Both the position numbers and the translations under genes were made by a program. From NCBI GenBank assembly GCA_963737265.1, contig CAVTRY010000016.1, positions 352,001 to 416,000 on the forward strand: DNA of 64,000 nt, in the 5' to 3' direction. This DNA comes from an uncultured delta proteobacterium. GTDB taxonomy: Bacteria > Myxococcota_A > Polyangia > Fen-1088. The notes under the pieces were generated by a model. That model saw only the letters and a list, made by a program, of their open reading frames with translations, did no database searches and was not told the DNA's origin. Positions within the stretch are counted from its first letter, which is position 1. Each line of letters opens with the position of its first letter. Shown one piece after another: positions 35,984-46,541 of the stretch.

Positions 35984-36868
35984 TCACGCGCCTCCGTAGG
36001 GCGTGTATTGGCTGCCGAGCGTCTGCGCGAAGTGGTCGTTCATGGCGTCGAGCCACGTGGGGCGCTCGCGGTCCACGAATTTGCCCACGGTGATCTTGCC
36101 GTCGAGGGTCAAGCCGACTTCCTTGGTGTCCGCGCCATTCTTCACGATGCTGTTCTGTTTGTAGTTCTTGAGCTCGTCGATGCCATCGCCGCGCTTGTTC
36201 CGTCGCGAGAACAGCGTCGGGCAAGGCGACAGCGCCTCGATAAAGACAAAGCCGCGCTTCTTGAGTCCTTCCTGCATGGCCTTGGCCAGCTGGCGAACGT
36301 GGAACACCGTCCAGCGCGCGACGTAGACCGCGCCGCAGGCGTCGGCCAGAAACGGCAAGTTGAACGGCTGCTCGAAATTGCCGAACGGCATGGTGGTCTG
36401 CTTGGCCCCAATCGGCGTGGTGGGCGCAACTTGTCCGCCCGTCATGCCGTAGGTGAAGTTGTTCACGCACACGACCATGAGATCCATGTTTCGCCGGGCC
36501 GCGTGCATGAAGTGGTTGCCGCCGATGGCCGTCAGATCGCCGTCGCCGGAGTACACGACGACTTTCAGTTTTGGATTAGCCAGCTTGAGCCCGGTGGCGA
36601 AGGGAATGGCCCGGCCGTGGGTGGTGTGGAACGAATCGAGGTTCATGTAGCCGGCGACGCGGCCCGTGCAGCCGATACCGGACACGATGGCTATCTGGTC
36701 GAGATCCATGCCCGATTCGGTCAAGGCGCGCGTGAAGCAGTTCACCGTCGTGCCGATGCCGCAACTCGGGCACCAGATGTGGGGAATGCGTTCCTGGCGC
36801 AGGAACGGCATGACGGGATTGATGGTGTCGATGTCGCGCTCCGGGTGTTCTGCGGTGTCGCTGCTCAT
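35984..36868 (-). CDS. korB: 2-oxoacid:ferredoxin oxidoreductase beta subunit
   Basis: WCPSCG, SGIGC, HTTHGRA, GDGD TPP motif, YGMTGGQ, SPCPT. Confidence 0.95.
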   Translation of the reverse strand: MSSDTAEHPERDIDTINPVMPFLRQERIPHIWCPSCGIGTTVNCFTRALTESGMDLDQIAIVSGIGCTGRVAGYMNLDSFHTTHGRAIPFATGLKLANPKLKVVVYSGDGDLTAIGGNHFMHAARRNMDLMVVCVNNFTYGMTGGQVAPTTPIGAKQTTMPFGNFEQPFNLPFLADACGAVYVARWTVFHVRQLAKAMQEGLKKRGFVFIEALSPCPTLFSRRNKRGDGIDELKNYKQNSIVKNGADTKEVGLTLDGKITVGKFVDRERPTWLDAMNDHFAQTLGSQYTPYGGA

Positions 36869-38376
36869 GTCGCTACCTCGACGATCTTCTTTAGGATGGC
36901 TTCGGGTTCGTGCACCGACCCGCCCGCGTGCGGCATGCTGACAATCTTTGCTTTGCCACACACCGCGCGTTCCAGCTCGATCACCATCTGGCCCATGTTG
37001 AGCTCGGGCATGATGAAGGCCTTGGTTTTGCCGCACAGCTCGCGGATGCGCTGGGCCGGAAAAGGCCACACCACGCGCAGCCGCAGGTGCCCAACCTTGA
37101 GTCCCCGCTGGCGCGCGTCGTCGACGGCGCTCTTGGCAATGCGGGAGGTGATACCGTACGACACCACGATGACATCCGCGTCGTCGACAAAGTCTTCGCA
37201 AACATCCACCAATTCGTCTGCCTTGTCGCGAATCTTACGGATCAGGCGCCCGACCAGTTTGTCTTGGGTGGCGGCGTTCATGGCCGGGTAGCCGCGCTCG
37301 TCGTGGGTCAACCCGGTGACGTGGATGCGGTAGCCTTCGCCGGCCTTGGTCATCTCGGGTACGAGATCGTCGGCGGTGGTGGCGAAGGCGCGGTACTCGC
37401 TCTTGGCCTTGGTGGTGAGCTTGCGCGGAATCACCTCAATCTGGTCGGCCGGTGGAATCGCCACCCGTTCGACCATGTGTCCCACCACCTCGTCCATCAT
37501 GAACATCACCGGACAACGATAGATCTCGGCCAGGTTGAAGGCCTTGATCATGAGATCGAAGCACTCCTGGGGCGAATTGGGGACGAGCGCGATGATTTCG
37601 TAGTCGCCGTGGCTGCCCCAGCGGGCCTGCATCATGTCGCTCTGGGCTGGCAGGGTCGGCAGCCCCGTCGAAGGACCACCACGTTGAACGTCGACCCACA
37701 CGCCGGGGGTTTCGGTCATGACAGCGAAGCCGATATGTTCCATCATCAACGAGAAGCCCGGGCCGCTGGTAACACTCAGAGTTTTCTTACCGCCCCAGGC
37801 GGCGCCCTGCACGGCGATGCTCGACGCCAGCTCGTCCTCCAGTTGAATGAAAATGCCGCCCACCATGGGAATGCGTGAAGCGAAACGCTCGACGATTTCC
37901 GTCGACGGGGTGATGGGATAGCCGGCGGTGAAACGACACCCCGCCGCGATCGCGCCCTCGCACGCAGCGTGGTCGCCGTCGACAAAGTGAATACCGGTGA
38001 GAACACCCTTGGGGTCCGCGCCGACCGGATCTTGCGGGCAGGCCGCCTTGCGAGCCGCCGGCGCAGGCGCCGACGATGTGGCCGGGGCAACCAGTAACGC
38101 TTGCGGTCGTCCGTTGGTCTTGCGTTCGTCGATGTCCTTCCAACGCTCGCCGTAGATGGCGAAGTCCGGGCAGTACAACCCGCACAGATCGCAGCCGGTG
38201 CAGGCCTCCGGCGCGCTCAGGATGGGAAAGTGATAACCCTTGGGGTTGAATTCCTTCGAGAACGTCAAGCAGTCGGTGGGGCAGAAATCGATGCAAAACG
38301 AACACCCTTTGCATATCTCCGTCCGAACGAAAACCGTGCCCTTGCCCGTGCGCTGCTGCGAGATGGAATCGCTCAT
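36865..38376 (-). CDS. korA: Fused 2x[4Fe-4S] ferredoxin (delta) and 2-oxoacid:ferredoxin oxidoreductase alpha subunit
   Basis: CKGCSFCIDFCP and CTGCDLCGLYCP, Ala/Pro linker, then GYPITPSTE, TSGPGFSLM, QRGGPSTGLPT. Confidence 0.93.
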   Translation of the reverse strand: MSDSISQQRTGKGTVFVRTEICKGCSFCIDFCPTDCLTFSKEFNPKGYHFPILSAPEACTGCDLCGLYCPDFAIYGERWKDIDERKTNGRPQALLVAPATSSAPAPAARKAACPQDPVGADPKGVLTGIHFVDGDHAACEGAIAAGCRFTAGYPITPSTEIVERFASRIPMVGGIFIQLEDELASSIAVQGAAWGGKKTLSVTSGPGFSLMMEHIGFAVMTETPGVWVDVQRGGPSTGLPTLPAQSDMMQARWGSHGDYEIIALVPNSPQECFDLMIKAFNLAEIYRCPVMFMMDEVVGHMVERVAIPPADQIEVIPRKLTTKAKSEYRAFATTADDLVPEMTKAGEGYRIHVTGLTHDERGYPAMNAATQDKLVGRLIRKIRDKADELVDVCEDFVDDADVIVVSYGITSRIAKSAVDDARQRGLKVGHLRLRVVWPFPAQRIRELCGKTKAFIMPELNMGQMVIELERAVCGKAKIVSMPHAGGSVHEPEAILKKIVEVAT

Positions 38377-38643
38377 GAGACCTCTTCCGCGAAAACCCTG
38401 GCAAAACCCAGGATTGATAGTTACCACAGTCGACGGCTCCCCGACAGTAAAAGAGGACTCCACAGGTCGAATATTGAGCACGGCTGTTTTCGTCCAGGAA
38501 AGGCCTTCCCAACCCGAAGCAGAGCAAAAAGAGGACGAGAAAGGTAGTCCAATAGGTTACCTTTGCCGAGAACTGCGCAAAAGAAGACTAAAGAGTCGCT
38601 CTTTGTGGCGACGTTGCGCTCGGACGTGGTAAGACAACATGCC

Positions 38644-39309
38644 ATGACAGCGTTCTGGTCCTTTTTGCGCTCCACGATTGGGCTCAAGGTGCAGATGGCG
38701 GTGTCGGGGTTTATCCTCTTCGGCTTCTGCGTCGAGCACCTGGTCGGCATGATGCTGTTTTTCAAGGGTCCGGGCATCATCAACGGCTACGCCCGCCTGC
38801 TTCAGTATTCGCCCGGCGCGCTGTGGTCGGCGCGGACCGTGATCCTTCTGGCCGCCCTGTTCCATATCTGGTCGGCGACGGTTCTGTACCTCCGGCAACG
38901 GGCAGCGCGTCCCATCGGGTATCACCAGACCACGTCGCGGACTTTCTCCTACGCCGGAAGGACCATGAAATATTCAGGTCCGTTCGTTCTCGCCTTCGTG
39001 CTCTTCCACGTCGCGCATTTCACCTGGGGCCTGAAGGTCACGCCTGCCACCTTTGTCGAGGGTGATGTCTACGCGAACATCGCGAACAGCTTTCAGTACG
39101 GGTGGGTCGTGCTGGTGTACGTCTTGGGGGTCGGTCTGCTTGGCCTTCACCTTCTGCATGGCGGCCACAGCATGTTCGAGTCTCTCGGGCTGCGGCACGC
39201 ACGTTTCGATGGCGTAATTCGCGCTGTCGTGGGCGGGGCCACCCTGGTGTGGATCGTGGGATTCATCGGTATTCCCTGCGCCATCTTCTTCAAGCTCGTT
39301 GGGGGCTAA
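38644..39309 (+). CDS. sdhC: Succinate dehydrogenase/fumarate reductase cytochrome b subunit
   Basis: Five TM helices with His ligands (EHLVG, FHIW, FHVAH, HLLHG); directly upstream of sdhA. Confidence 0.9.
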   Translation: MTAFWSFLRSTIGLKVQMAVSGFILFGFCVEHLVGMMLFFKGPGIINGYARLLQYSPGALWSARTVILLAALFHIWSATVLYLRQRAARPIGYHQTTSRTFSYAGRTMKYSGPFVLAFVLFHVAHFTWGLKVTPATFVEGDVYANIANSFQYGWVVLVYVLGVGLLGLHLLHGGHSMFESLGLRHARFDGVIRAVVGGATLVWIVGFIGIPCAIFFKLVGG

Positions 39310-39314
39310 TCGCC

Positions 39315-41228
39315 ATGGAACTCAAGTCGAACGCTCCTTCCGGTCCGCTTGCCACCGCCTGGGAGCGACACAAGTTCGAGATGAAGTTGGTGAACCCGGC
39401 CAACAAGCGGAAGTTCAGCATCATCGTTGTCGGCTCGGGCCTGGCCGGTGCGTCGGCGTCGGCGTCGTTGGCCGAGCTCGGGTACGACGTGCGTTGCTTC
39501 TGTTACCAGGACAGCCCGCGGCGCGCGCACAGCATCGCCGCCCAGGGCGGCATCAACGCCGCAAAGAACTATCAAAACGACGGCGACAGTGTTTTTCGGC
39601 TCTTTTACGACACCATCAAGGGCGGCGACTTCCGGGCACGCGAGCACAACGTGCATCGCTTGGCGGAGGTGTCGGTCAGCATCATCGACCAGTGCGTGGC
39701 CCAAGGAGTCCCCTTCGCACGCGAGTACAGCGGCTATCTGGCCAACCGATCTTTCGGCGGGGCTCAGGTTTCTCGCACCTTCTATGCCCGCGGTCAGACT
39801 GGGCAGCAGTTGTTGCTGGGTGCGTATCAGGCGCTCGTGCGGCAGATCGCCGCGGGCAAGATCGCCATGTATCCGCGCACCGAGATGCTGGACTTGGTGG
39901 TCGTCGACGGCAAAGCGCGCGGCATCGTCACGCGCGACATGGTCTCCGGCAAGATCGAATCGCACGCCGCCGACGCGGTTATTTTGGCCACCGGCGGCTA
40001 CGGCAACGTATTTTTTCTCTCCACCAACGCCAAGGGCTGCAACGTGACCGCCACCTGGCGCGCGCACAAGCTGGGCGCCGGTTTCGCCAATCCCTGCTTC
40101 ACCCAAATTCACCCCACCTGCATTCCCGTCAGCGGCGAGCATCAGTCCAAGTTGACGTTGATGAGCGAGTCGCTGCGCAACGACGGCCGCGTCTGGGTCC
40201 CCGTCCGCGCCGGCGACCAACGCAAACCACGCGACATTCCCGACGGCGAGCGCGACTATTTCCTCGAACGCCGCTACCCCACCTTCGGCAATCTGGTACC
40301 GCGCGACGTAGCCAGCCGCGCTGCAAAAACCGTGTGCGACGAAGGACATGGCGTGGGTCCCGGTGCGCGCGGCGTCTTCTTGGATTTCGCCGATTCCATC
40401 AAGCGCCTCGGCGAGGACGTCATCCGCGAGCGCTACGGCAACCTATTCGACATGTACGAGCGCATTACCGACGAGAACCCGTTCAAGGCTCCCATGCGCA
40501 TCTATCCGGCTGTCCACTACGCCATGGGTGGCTTGTGGGTGGACTACAATCTGATGAGCACCCTCCCCGGACTCTTCGTCGCGGGCGAGGCGAATTTTTC
40601 CGACCACGGCGCCAACCGTCTGGGCGCTTCGGCGCTCATGCAGGGGCTGGCCGACGGCTACTTCGTCATCCCGTACACCGTCGGGAACTATCTCGCCACC
40701 TCCAGGCTTGGCAAAGCCGACACCAGCGGTCCTGAATTTCGGCGCACCGAGGCGGTTGTCGGCGAACGCATCGGCAAGCTGACCGGCAACAAGGGCAAGC
40801 GTACGGCGACGTCCTTCCACCGCGAGCTTGGCAAATTGCTGTGGGACAACTGCGGCATGGCTCGCAATGCGTCGGGTTTACGGACCGCGCTCGAACAAAT
40901 CCCTCGGCTGCGCGAAGAATTCTGGAGTCAAGTCACCGTGCCTGGCAGCGGTGCTGAATTGAACCAGTCGCTGGAGTACGCCGGCCGCGTAGCGGATTTC
41001 CTGGAATTCGGCGAGCTAATGTGCCGGGACGCGCTCGAACGGAACGAGTCGTGCGGCTGCCACTACCGCGAGGAATTTCAGACCGAGGAAGGCGAAGCCA
41101 AGCGAAACGACGCCGAATTCGCTCATGTCGCGGTTTGGGAGCATCAGGGCGAAGGCAAGCCGGCCATCCGCCACAAAGAGGAGCTCACCTTCGAGAAGAT
41201 TCATCTGGCCCAGCGGAGCTACAAATGA
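39315..41228 (+). CDS. sdhA: Succinate dehydrogenase/fumarate reductase flavoprotein
   Basis: [45 protein letters not shown]. Confidence 0.97.
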   Translation: MELKSNAPSGPLATAWERHKFEMKLVNPANKRKFSIIVVGSGLAGASASASLAELGYDVRCFCYQDSPRRAHSIAAQGGINAAKNYQNDGDSVFRLFYDTIKGGDFRAREHNVHRLAEVSVSIIDQCVAQGVPFAREYSGYLANRSFGGAQVSRTFYARGQTGQQLLLGAYQALVRQIAAGKIAMYPRTEMLDLVVVDGKARGIVTRDMVSGKIESHAADAVILATGGYGNVFFLSTNAKGCNVTATWRAHKLGAGFANPCFTQIHPTCIPVSGEHQSKLTLMSESLRNDGRVWVPVRAGDQRKPRDIPDGERDYFLERRYPTFGNLVPRDVASRAAKTVCDEGHGVGPGARGVFLDFADSIKRLGEDVIRERYGNLFDMYERITDENPFKAPMRIYPAVHYAMGGLWVDYNLMSTLPGLFVAGEANFSDHGANRLGASALMQGLADGYFVIPYTVGNYLATSRLGKADTSGPEFRRTEAVVGERIGKLTGNKGKRTATSFHRELGKLLWDNCGMARNASGLRTALEQIPRLREEFWSQVTVPGSGAELNQSLEYAGRVADFLEFGELMCRDALERNESCGCHYREEFQTEEGEAKRNDAEFAHVAVWEHQGEGKPAIRHKEELTFEKIHLAQRSYK

Positions 41229-42010
41229 GCGCACGCGCAATGAATCTGATCCTGATGGTGTGGCGCCAAGAGGACGCCGCCGCGGACGGGCGCTTGCAGC
41301 GCATCGAAGCCAAGGATATCAGCCCGGAGATGTCTTTTTTAGAAATGTTGGACGTGGTCAACGAGCGCCTGACCCTCGCCGGCGAACGCCCCATCGCCTT
41401 CGACCACGACTGCCGCGAAGGCATCTGCGGAACCTGCGGCGTGGTCATCAACGGCATTCCCCACGGGCCCCGGCCGGGCACGACGACCTGCCAGTTGCAC
41501 ATGCGGCATTTTCGCGACGGGCAGACCATCGTCATCGAACCCTACCGGGCCAAGCCATTCCCGGTGCTGCGCGATTTGATTGTGGATCGCGGCGCGCTCG
41601 ACCGCATCATGGCGGCGGGCGGTTTCATCAGCGCGAAGGCGGGCTCGGCCCCGGACGGAAACGCCATTCCGGTGCCAAAGTCCAAAGCCGATGCCGCGAT
41701 GGATGCGGCCGCGTGCATCGGCTGTGGCGCTTGCATCGCCGCCTGCCCCAACGCCTCGGCCATGCTGTTCGTGGGGGCGAAGATCTCCCACCTGGCGCTT
41801 CTGCCGCAGGGGCAACCCGAACGTTGGTCGCGCGCCGAAACCATGGTGGCCGCCATGGACCAGGAAGGTTTCGGCGGCTGCACCAACGTGACCGAGTGCT
41901 CCGCGGTCTGCCCGAAGGAGATCGACGTGAGCGTCATCGCACGCATGAATCGGGACAGGATTGGTGCGATTTTTATGGTAGCCAAACGGAGTTTGCAGTC
42001 AGATACTTAA
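41225..42010 (+). CDS. sdhB: Succinate dehydrogenase/fumarate reductase Fe-S subunit
   Basis: [33 protein letters not shown]. Confidence 0.97.
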   Translation: MSARAMNLILMVWRQEDAAADGRLQRIEAKDISPEMSFLEMLDVVNERLTLAGERPIAFDHDCREGICGTCGVVINGIPHGPRPGTTTCQLHMRHFRDGQTIVIEPYRAKPFPVLRDLIVDRGALDRIMAAGGFISAKAGSAPDGNAIPVPKSKADAAMDAAACIGCGACIAACPNASAMLFVGAKISHLALLPQGQPERWSRAETMVAAMDQEGFGGCTNVTECSAVCPKEIDVSVIARMNRDRIGAIFMVAKRSLQSDT

Positions 42011-42058
42011 GGTGTAGTCGGATTGGGTTCGGAGACATTTCGATTTTCGGGGGCAACC

Positions 42059-42814
42059 ATGACGTCTTGTACGATGTGCGCGAGAGACTTCCCTTCGGAA
42101 TACAAGTACTGTCCACAGTGTGGCGTGCCTTTCGCCAACGAGAGCGACCCGCACTACTGGGGCCGCAAGGCACTTACCTCACGCCTCAACGGCGATGACC
42201 TTTCGAGCTCGATCGAGTCCATCAAGAAAGCATGTGCCTTGGCGCCCGGCAACGCACACCTCATCTCCGGTCTCGGCAATCTGTACTATCGCGCTGGCGA
42301 GCTGGAAAAGTCGATCGAGGCCTTCAAGCAGGCGGTTGCCATCAAGCCGGACTACCCGGACGCACATTACGACCTGGCGCTTTCCTACTACCGAACCGGC
42401 CAGATCAAGCTGGCCATCAAGTCGCTGGAAAAGTGCGTGGAGATAAGCCGGGACTATCTCGCGGCCTATTACTGGCTGGGTATCACCTACTACCACGTCG
42501 GCAAAGAGATCGAGGCCATCGCAGCTTTTCGCCACTTGCTCGCGCTCAACCCGGCGTCTGTCATCGCCAACTACCACCTGGGCGTGAACTATGCCTCGCT
42601 CGGCAGGTACGATGAGGCCATCGCGAATTTCAAGCGAGTGCTCGAAGTTTGCCCGGACGACCAGGCAGCGGCGTACCACCTGGGAATGGCGTACTACAAC
42701 GCACAAAAGATCTCCGAGGCTACCAGCGTATTTCGCAAGGTCGTGGAACGGGATCCAGAGGACCAGCGCGCCAACCAAATGTTCGAGATGCTGACCGAAG
42801 TGCCGAGCATCTGA
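42059..42814 (+). CDS. Zinc-ribbon plus TPR-repeat protein
   Basis: CTMC...CPQCG followed by about six 34-aa TPR units (LG..Y...G...A...F...). Confidence 0.88.
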   Translation: MTSCTMCARDFPSEYKYCPQCGVPFANESDPHYWGRKALTSRLNGDDLSSSIESIKKACALAPGNAHLISGLGNLYYRAGELEKSIEAFKQAVAIKPDYPDAHYDLALSYYRTGQIKLAIKSLEKCVEISRDYLAAYYWLGITYYHVGKEIEAIAAFRHLLALNPASVIANYHLGVNYASLGRYDEAIANFKRVLEVCPDDQAAAYHLGMAYYNAQKISEATSVFRKVVERDPEDQRANQMFEMLTEVPSI

Positions 42815-42892
42815 TTCGCCGGTCCCCCTTCCTGCGCGTCGGCTGGAAGATTGACCTACTCATGGCCTAGGGACTAGCGTTCGTTCACTGCC

Positions 42893-43519
42893 ATGGCAAC
42901 CATTACATCGTCGGTCACGGTCATTCCTGGGACACTCGCGAGCGCCCACAAACTCGACGCCCGCGTGCAGGTACTGCGGCAGCGCTTTCCCAGGGCCATC
43001 ATCGACCGCTACCTGGAATTGATTCCTGAATTCGCCGACGGCGTCCTGGTGGCTCCCGGAGCGTCGGTGATTGGCGACGTCCGCTTGGGAAAGGACGTCT
43101 CGTTTTGGTACAGCAGCGTGGCGCGCGGGGATCTGGCGCCGATCATCGTGGGTGACCGTTCCAACATTCAGGATGGCTCGGTCATGCACGTAGCGGACAA
43201 TATGCCGTGCATCGTCGGCGCCGACGTCGTCGTCGGCCATCGTGTGATGCTGCACGCCTGCCACGTCGAGGACGCCTGTCTTATCGGTATGCAGGCCACC
43301 CTGCTCGACGACTGCGTGATCGGCACGGGCTCCATCGTCGGCGCGGGCGCCCTCGTCACGCAACGGACGGTGATTCCGCCTCACAGTCTCGTCTTGGGCG
43401 CGCCGGCCAAGGTGATGCGCGCGCTTCCCGAATCCGTGGCCGACGACCACCGCGCTTTAGCCGCGAAATATGTACGCACTAAGGAGAACTACCTGCGCGA
43501 CAGCTTGCGGCGGGGATAG
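42893..43519 (+). CDS. Gamma carbonic anhydrase-like protein
   Basis: VIGDVRLG, ARGD, NIQDGSVMH, VGHRVMLH, hexapeptide repeats, LGAPAK. Confidence 0.92.
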   Translation: MATITSSVTVIPGTLASAHKLDARVQVLRQRFPRAIIDRYLELIPEFADGVLVAPGASVIGDVRLGKDVSFWYSSVARGDLAPIIVGDRSNIQDGSVMHVADNMPCIVGADVVVGHRVMLHACHVEDACLIGMQATLLDDCVIGTGSIVGAGALVTQRTVIPPHSLVLGAPAKVMRALPESVADDHRALAAKYVRTKENYLRDSLRRG

Positions 43520-43560
43520 TCACCCTTAATTGGAAGATTGTGCGGGACCCGGATTGTCCA

Positions 43561-45951
43561 TTAGACCGTGAACATCTCCATCCGTTGGCGCAGCGACTCG
43601 GCCTCGGCCGCCAGCTCTTTGGCCGCCAGGTTCAACTGTTCCACCACTTGCAGATTCTGGCGCGCGACCTGCGAAATAGCGTCGGTCGACTTGACCACGG
43701 TTTCACCGCCCCGCCGTTGTTCCAGGGTCGCATCCAGCATCGAGTTGGTCAGCGTGCTCATGCGTTTGGATGCCATCACAATTTCCGCGGCGCTGCCTGC
43801 GTTTTCGCGCGCCGCCACGGCGATCTGCCGGGCCAGACCCGACATGTTCTCGGCCACCTTCAGGGTTTGCCGGGCGGCCTCGCTTTGGCTTTCCGTCGCC
43901 AGCGCGCTCGACTCGATGATGGAGGACGTTTTGTCGATGGATGCCATCATTCCCACCAGAACCTCGTCCGTCAAGGTGACCGCCGAGCCCACGTCCTTCT
44001 GCACGCCCTCGATAATGGCGCCGATGTCGCGCGTGGCTTGCGTACTTCGTTCCGCCAGACGCCTGACCTCGTCCGCCACCACGGCAAATCCGCGCCCGGC
44101 CTCGCCCGCGCGCGCCGCCTCGATGGCCGCATTCAGCGCCAGCAAGTTGGTTTGGTCGGCGATTTCTTCGATAAGGCGGAGGATCTTGCTGATTTCCTGC
44201 GCACGGTCGCCGATGGCGCCGATGGATCGCTGAAGTGCCTCGCCCCCGGATTTGACCGAGCCGAGGGTGGTCTTGGACATCTCCTTGGCGGAGCGCGCCT
44301 GGGCCGTGACCTGCGTGATATTGCTCGTCAGTCCCGCCAGGTGCGTGGTCGCCTCCTGCGACGACGACAGCAAGGTCTGTCCGTGCAAAGCCGTCCGTTC
44401 GAGGGTTTCGTACATGCGCTGGAACGCGCTGGTAGTTTCTTCCACGCTGGCCGAGAGCGAGGTCGCGGTTTGCGAGAGCTGCTGGATCTGTTCGGCGATC
44501 CGCCCCATGCTGGCCGACGTCGCATCGGTCGCAGTGGACTGAGTTTCGGCACCCTGACTGAGCTGAGCGCCGGAGACCGAAATTTTCTCCGACGTGCTGG
44601 CCACAATTCGCGACGCGTCCAATATCGATGCGATGGTGGCCCGCAAATTCGCCGCCATCTTGCGCATCGACACCAGCAATTGGCCAACCTCGTCGGTGGA
44701 ACGTGTCTCGCCGATCTCGATGGCGAAATCCTGCGCGGCGAGGCTGTTGGCGGACTCGACCGCCAGGTTGATGGGGACGGTGATGCTGCGAACGATGACC
44801 GACACCAGCCCAACCGCGGCCAGCACGGCGACGAGTACGAGCGCCACCGTCCGGCTTCGCTGTTCCTCGCGCGCGACGACCTTTTCCTGGAGATCGGCGT
44901 GGCGAGCAGCAAGCGCGGCATCAAACGTGCTCCACAGCGACTCGATCGCCGTGGCGGCCAACCCCCGTAGCGTCGCCAGCGTCGCGGGAATGGCGGGATC
45001 CGCCGCACTCTTCGCATCGCCTGCAAGCTGTTTAGCCGCGGCCATGGCCTTGCGTCCAGCCGAGAGACACTCCTGCAAGGTCAGCTCAACCCCGAGCGCT
45101 GGCTGCTGGGGGGACGCGGCAGGGCTTTCTCCCTGCGCGGCCGGCGACAGGTCGCGCTCCACGTCGGCCAGCGTGGCGGCAAGTCGCTCGATTGTGCTGA
45201 CCAGCTCGGCGCGAGCATAGACTTGATAGCCGGGTGCGCTCTGGTCTCGCGCCGATTCGGAACCAAGCTCCACCAGCCTTTCGAGGCGCCACGCCGCCTC
45301 CGGCAGCTTGCGCAAGATCGCGTCGTCGAGATGCGCAGCCATGGGATCGAGTGTCTGAATCTCGCTCGCCACCAACGCGATCTGCCCGAACCAGCCGGCC
45401 AACGCTTCGCGCATACGGCGATGCCGATCGTCTTTCATCGAGGCGTCCCCCGCGTCTTGCCCTGCCATCGCACTGACCAGCGCACGGACATCCGCCAGGG
45501 TTTCGGGCATACGCACCCTGGCCATGCCCGGATCCAAGCCGCACCCGACGGCGTTGAGCTTCCCCAGCTCGGAAAGCGCCGAGCTCGTCGCGGCCAACCA
45601 AGCGCCGGCCGACCCGGGCGCGCCGGAACTGGTGGAAGACGCCCCGGTCTTCAGCATGATCTGCTGCCTGAGAATGAGCTTGAGTTGGCGAGCGTAGTTT
45701 TCCGCGCACAACTCTCGCCGCATGCGCACGATTTCGTCGCTGCTCTTGCTCACGAAATCGCGCAGAAGCAGCACCGTGGGGAGCAGCAACACGATGACGA
45801 TGACGAGCAATTTTTGCCACAGGCTGAGATGACGGAGTAACGGCGCCCCTTCGATGCGCCCGAGCCACCACCGTCGTCGATGGTCGTGAGCAGCGCCATT
45901 TCCACCGCCGGCTCCCGGGAAGGACGAAGTCTTACGCTCCCGCGTGTTCAT
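43561..45951 (-). CDS. Methyl-accepting chemotaxis protein
   Basis: Two TMs, HAMP (DEVGQL), [40 protein letters not shown]. Confidence 0.96.
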   Translation of the reverse strand: MNTRERKTSSFPGAGGGNGAAHDHRRRWWLGRIEGAPLLRHLSLWQKLLVIVIVLLLPTVLLLRDFVSKSSDEIVRMRRELCAENYARQLKLILRQQIMLKTGASSTSSGAPGSAGAWLAATSSALSELGKLNAVGCGLDPGMARVRMPETLADVRALVSAMAGQDAGDASMKDDRHRRMREALAGWFGQIALVASEIQTLDPMAAHLDDAILRKLPEAAWRLERLVELGSESARDQSAPGYQVYARAELVSTIERLAATLADVERDLSPAAQGESPAASPQQPALGVELTLQECLSAGRKAMAAAKQLAGDAKSAADPAIPATLATLRGLAATAIESLWSTFDAALAARHADLQEKVVAREEQRSRTVALVLVAVLAAVGLVSVIVRSITVPINLAVESANSLAAQDFAIEIGETRSTDEVGQLLVSMRKMAANLRATIASILDASRIVASTSEKISVSGAQLSQGAETQSTATDATSASMGRIAEQIQQLSQTATSLSASVEETTSAFQRMYETLERTALHGQTLLSSSQEATTHLAGLTSNITQVTAQARSAKEMSKTTLGSVKSGGEALQRSIGAIGDRAQEISKILRLIEEIADQTNLLALNAAIEAARAGEAGRGFAVVADEVRRLAERSTQATRDIGAIIEGVQKDVGSAVTLTDEVLVGMMASIDKTSSIIESSALATESQSEAARQTLKVAENMSGLARQIAVAARENAGSAAEIVMASKRMSTLTNSMLDATLEQRRGGETVVKSTDAISQVARQNLQVVEQLNLAAKELAAEAESLRQRMEMFTV

Positions 45952-46541
45952 GAAATCCCGTCCTCCCGACTTGCCCCACGTCTTGCTTCACCCGTGCCCG
46001 GACCCGCGCGCAGCATGCGGTCGACGTCGATCATTTTGACCAACACATCACCCACGCGGGCAACTCCAGCGATGGCAGATAAGGTCGCGCCCTCAGGCGA
46101 AGGCGCCACGTCCGACGCGGGCAATTTGAGAATACGAGCGACCCGATCGACCAGCAGTGCGAACGAACGGCCCGCGACATCCACCACGATCAGCCTGGAC
46201 CTGGCCGTGGTGGTAGCGCTCTCCAACCCAAGGCACAGGCGCGTGTCCACGGCGGGAACGATGCGACCGCGTAGGTTCACCACCCCGCGCACGTGGGCCG
46301 GCGCCTCGGGAATGCGGGTAATTGTCGGCACACGCACGATCTCGCGGCAGCGCAGAATCGGAACGCCGAGCTCGTCGTCGCGCAGGAAGAAGGTTACCAC
46401 CTGCTGGATCTCGACGGCCGTGGGACTGACATCACCCTGGCCCGCACGCAGCAGAGCGTCGGCGAACGCCAGCAGCGGCTCGCCTTCCTCGGCAGCGAAG
46501 CCACCGGTATTCCCGCCGGCGGTTTCGCGATCAGAAGACAT
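45948..46541 (-). CDS. cheW: CheW coupling protein
   Basis: [35 protein letters not shown]. Confidence 0.92.
   Translation of the reverse strand: MSSDRETAGGNTGGFAAEEGEPLLAFADALLRAGQGDVSPTAVEIQQVVTFFLRDDELGVPILRCREIVRVPTITRIPEAPAHVRGVVNLRGRIVPAVDTRLCLGLESATTTARSRLIVVDVAGRSFALLVDRVARILKLPASDVAPSPEGATLSAIAGVARVGDVLVKMIDVDRMLRAGPGTGEARRGASREDGIS

Noticed and set aside
31275-42010. Canonical reductive TCA carbon-fixation cluster
   Set aside because: No ATP-citrate lyase or citryl-CoA enzymes; sucCD look like ordinary succinyl-CoA synthetase.
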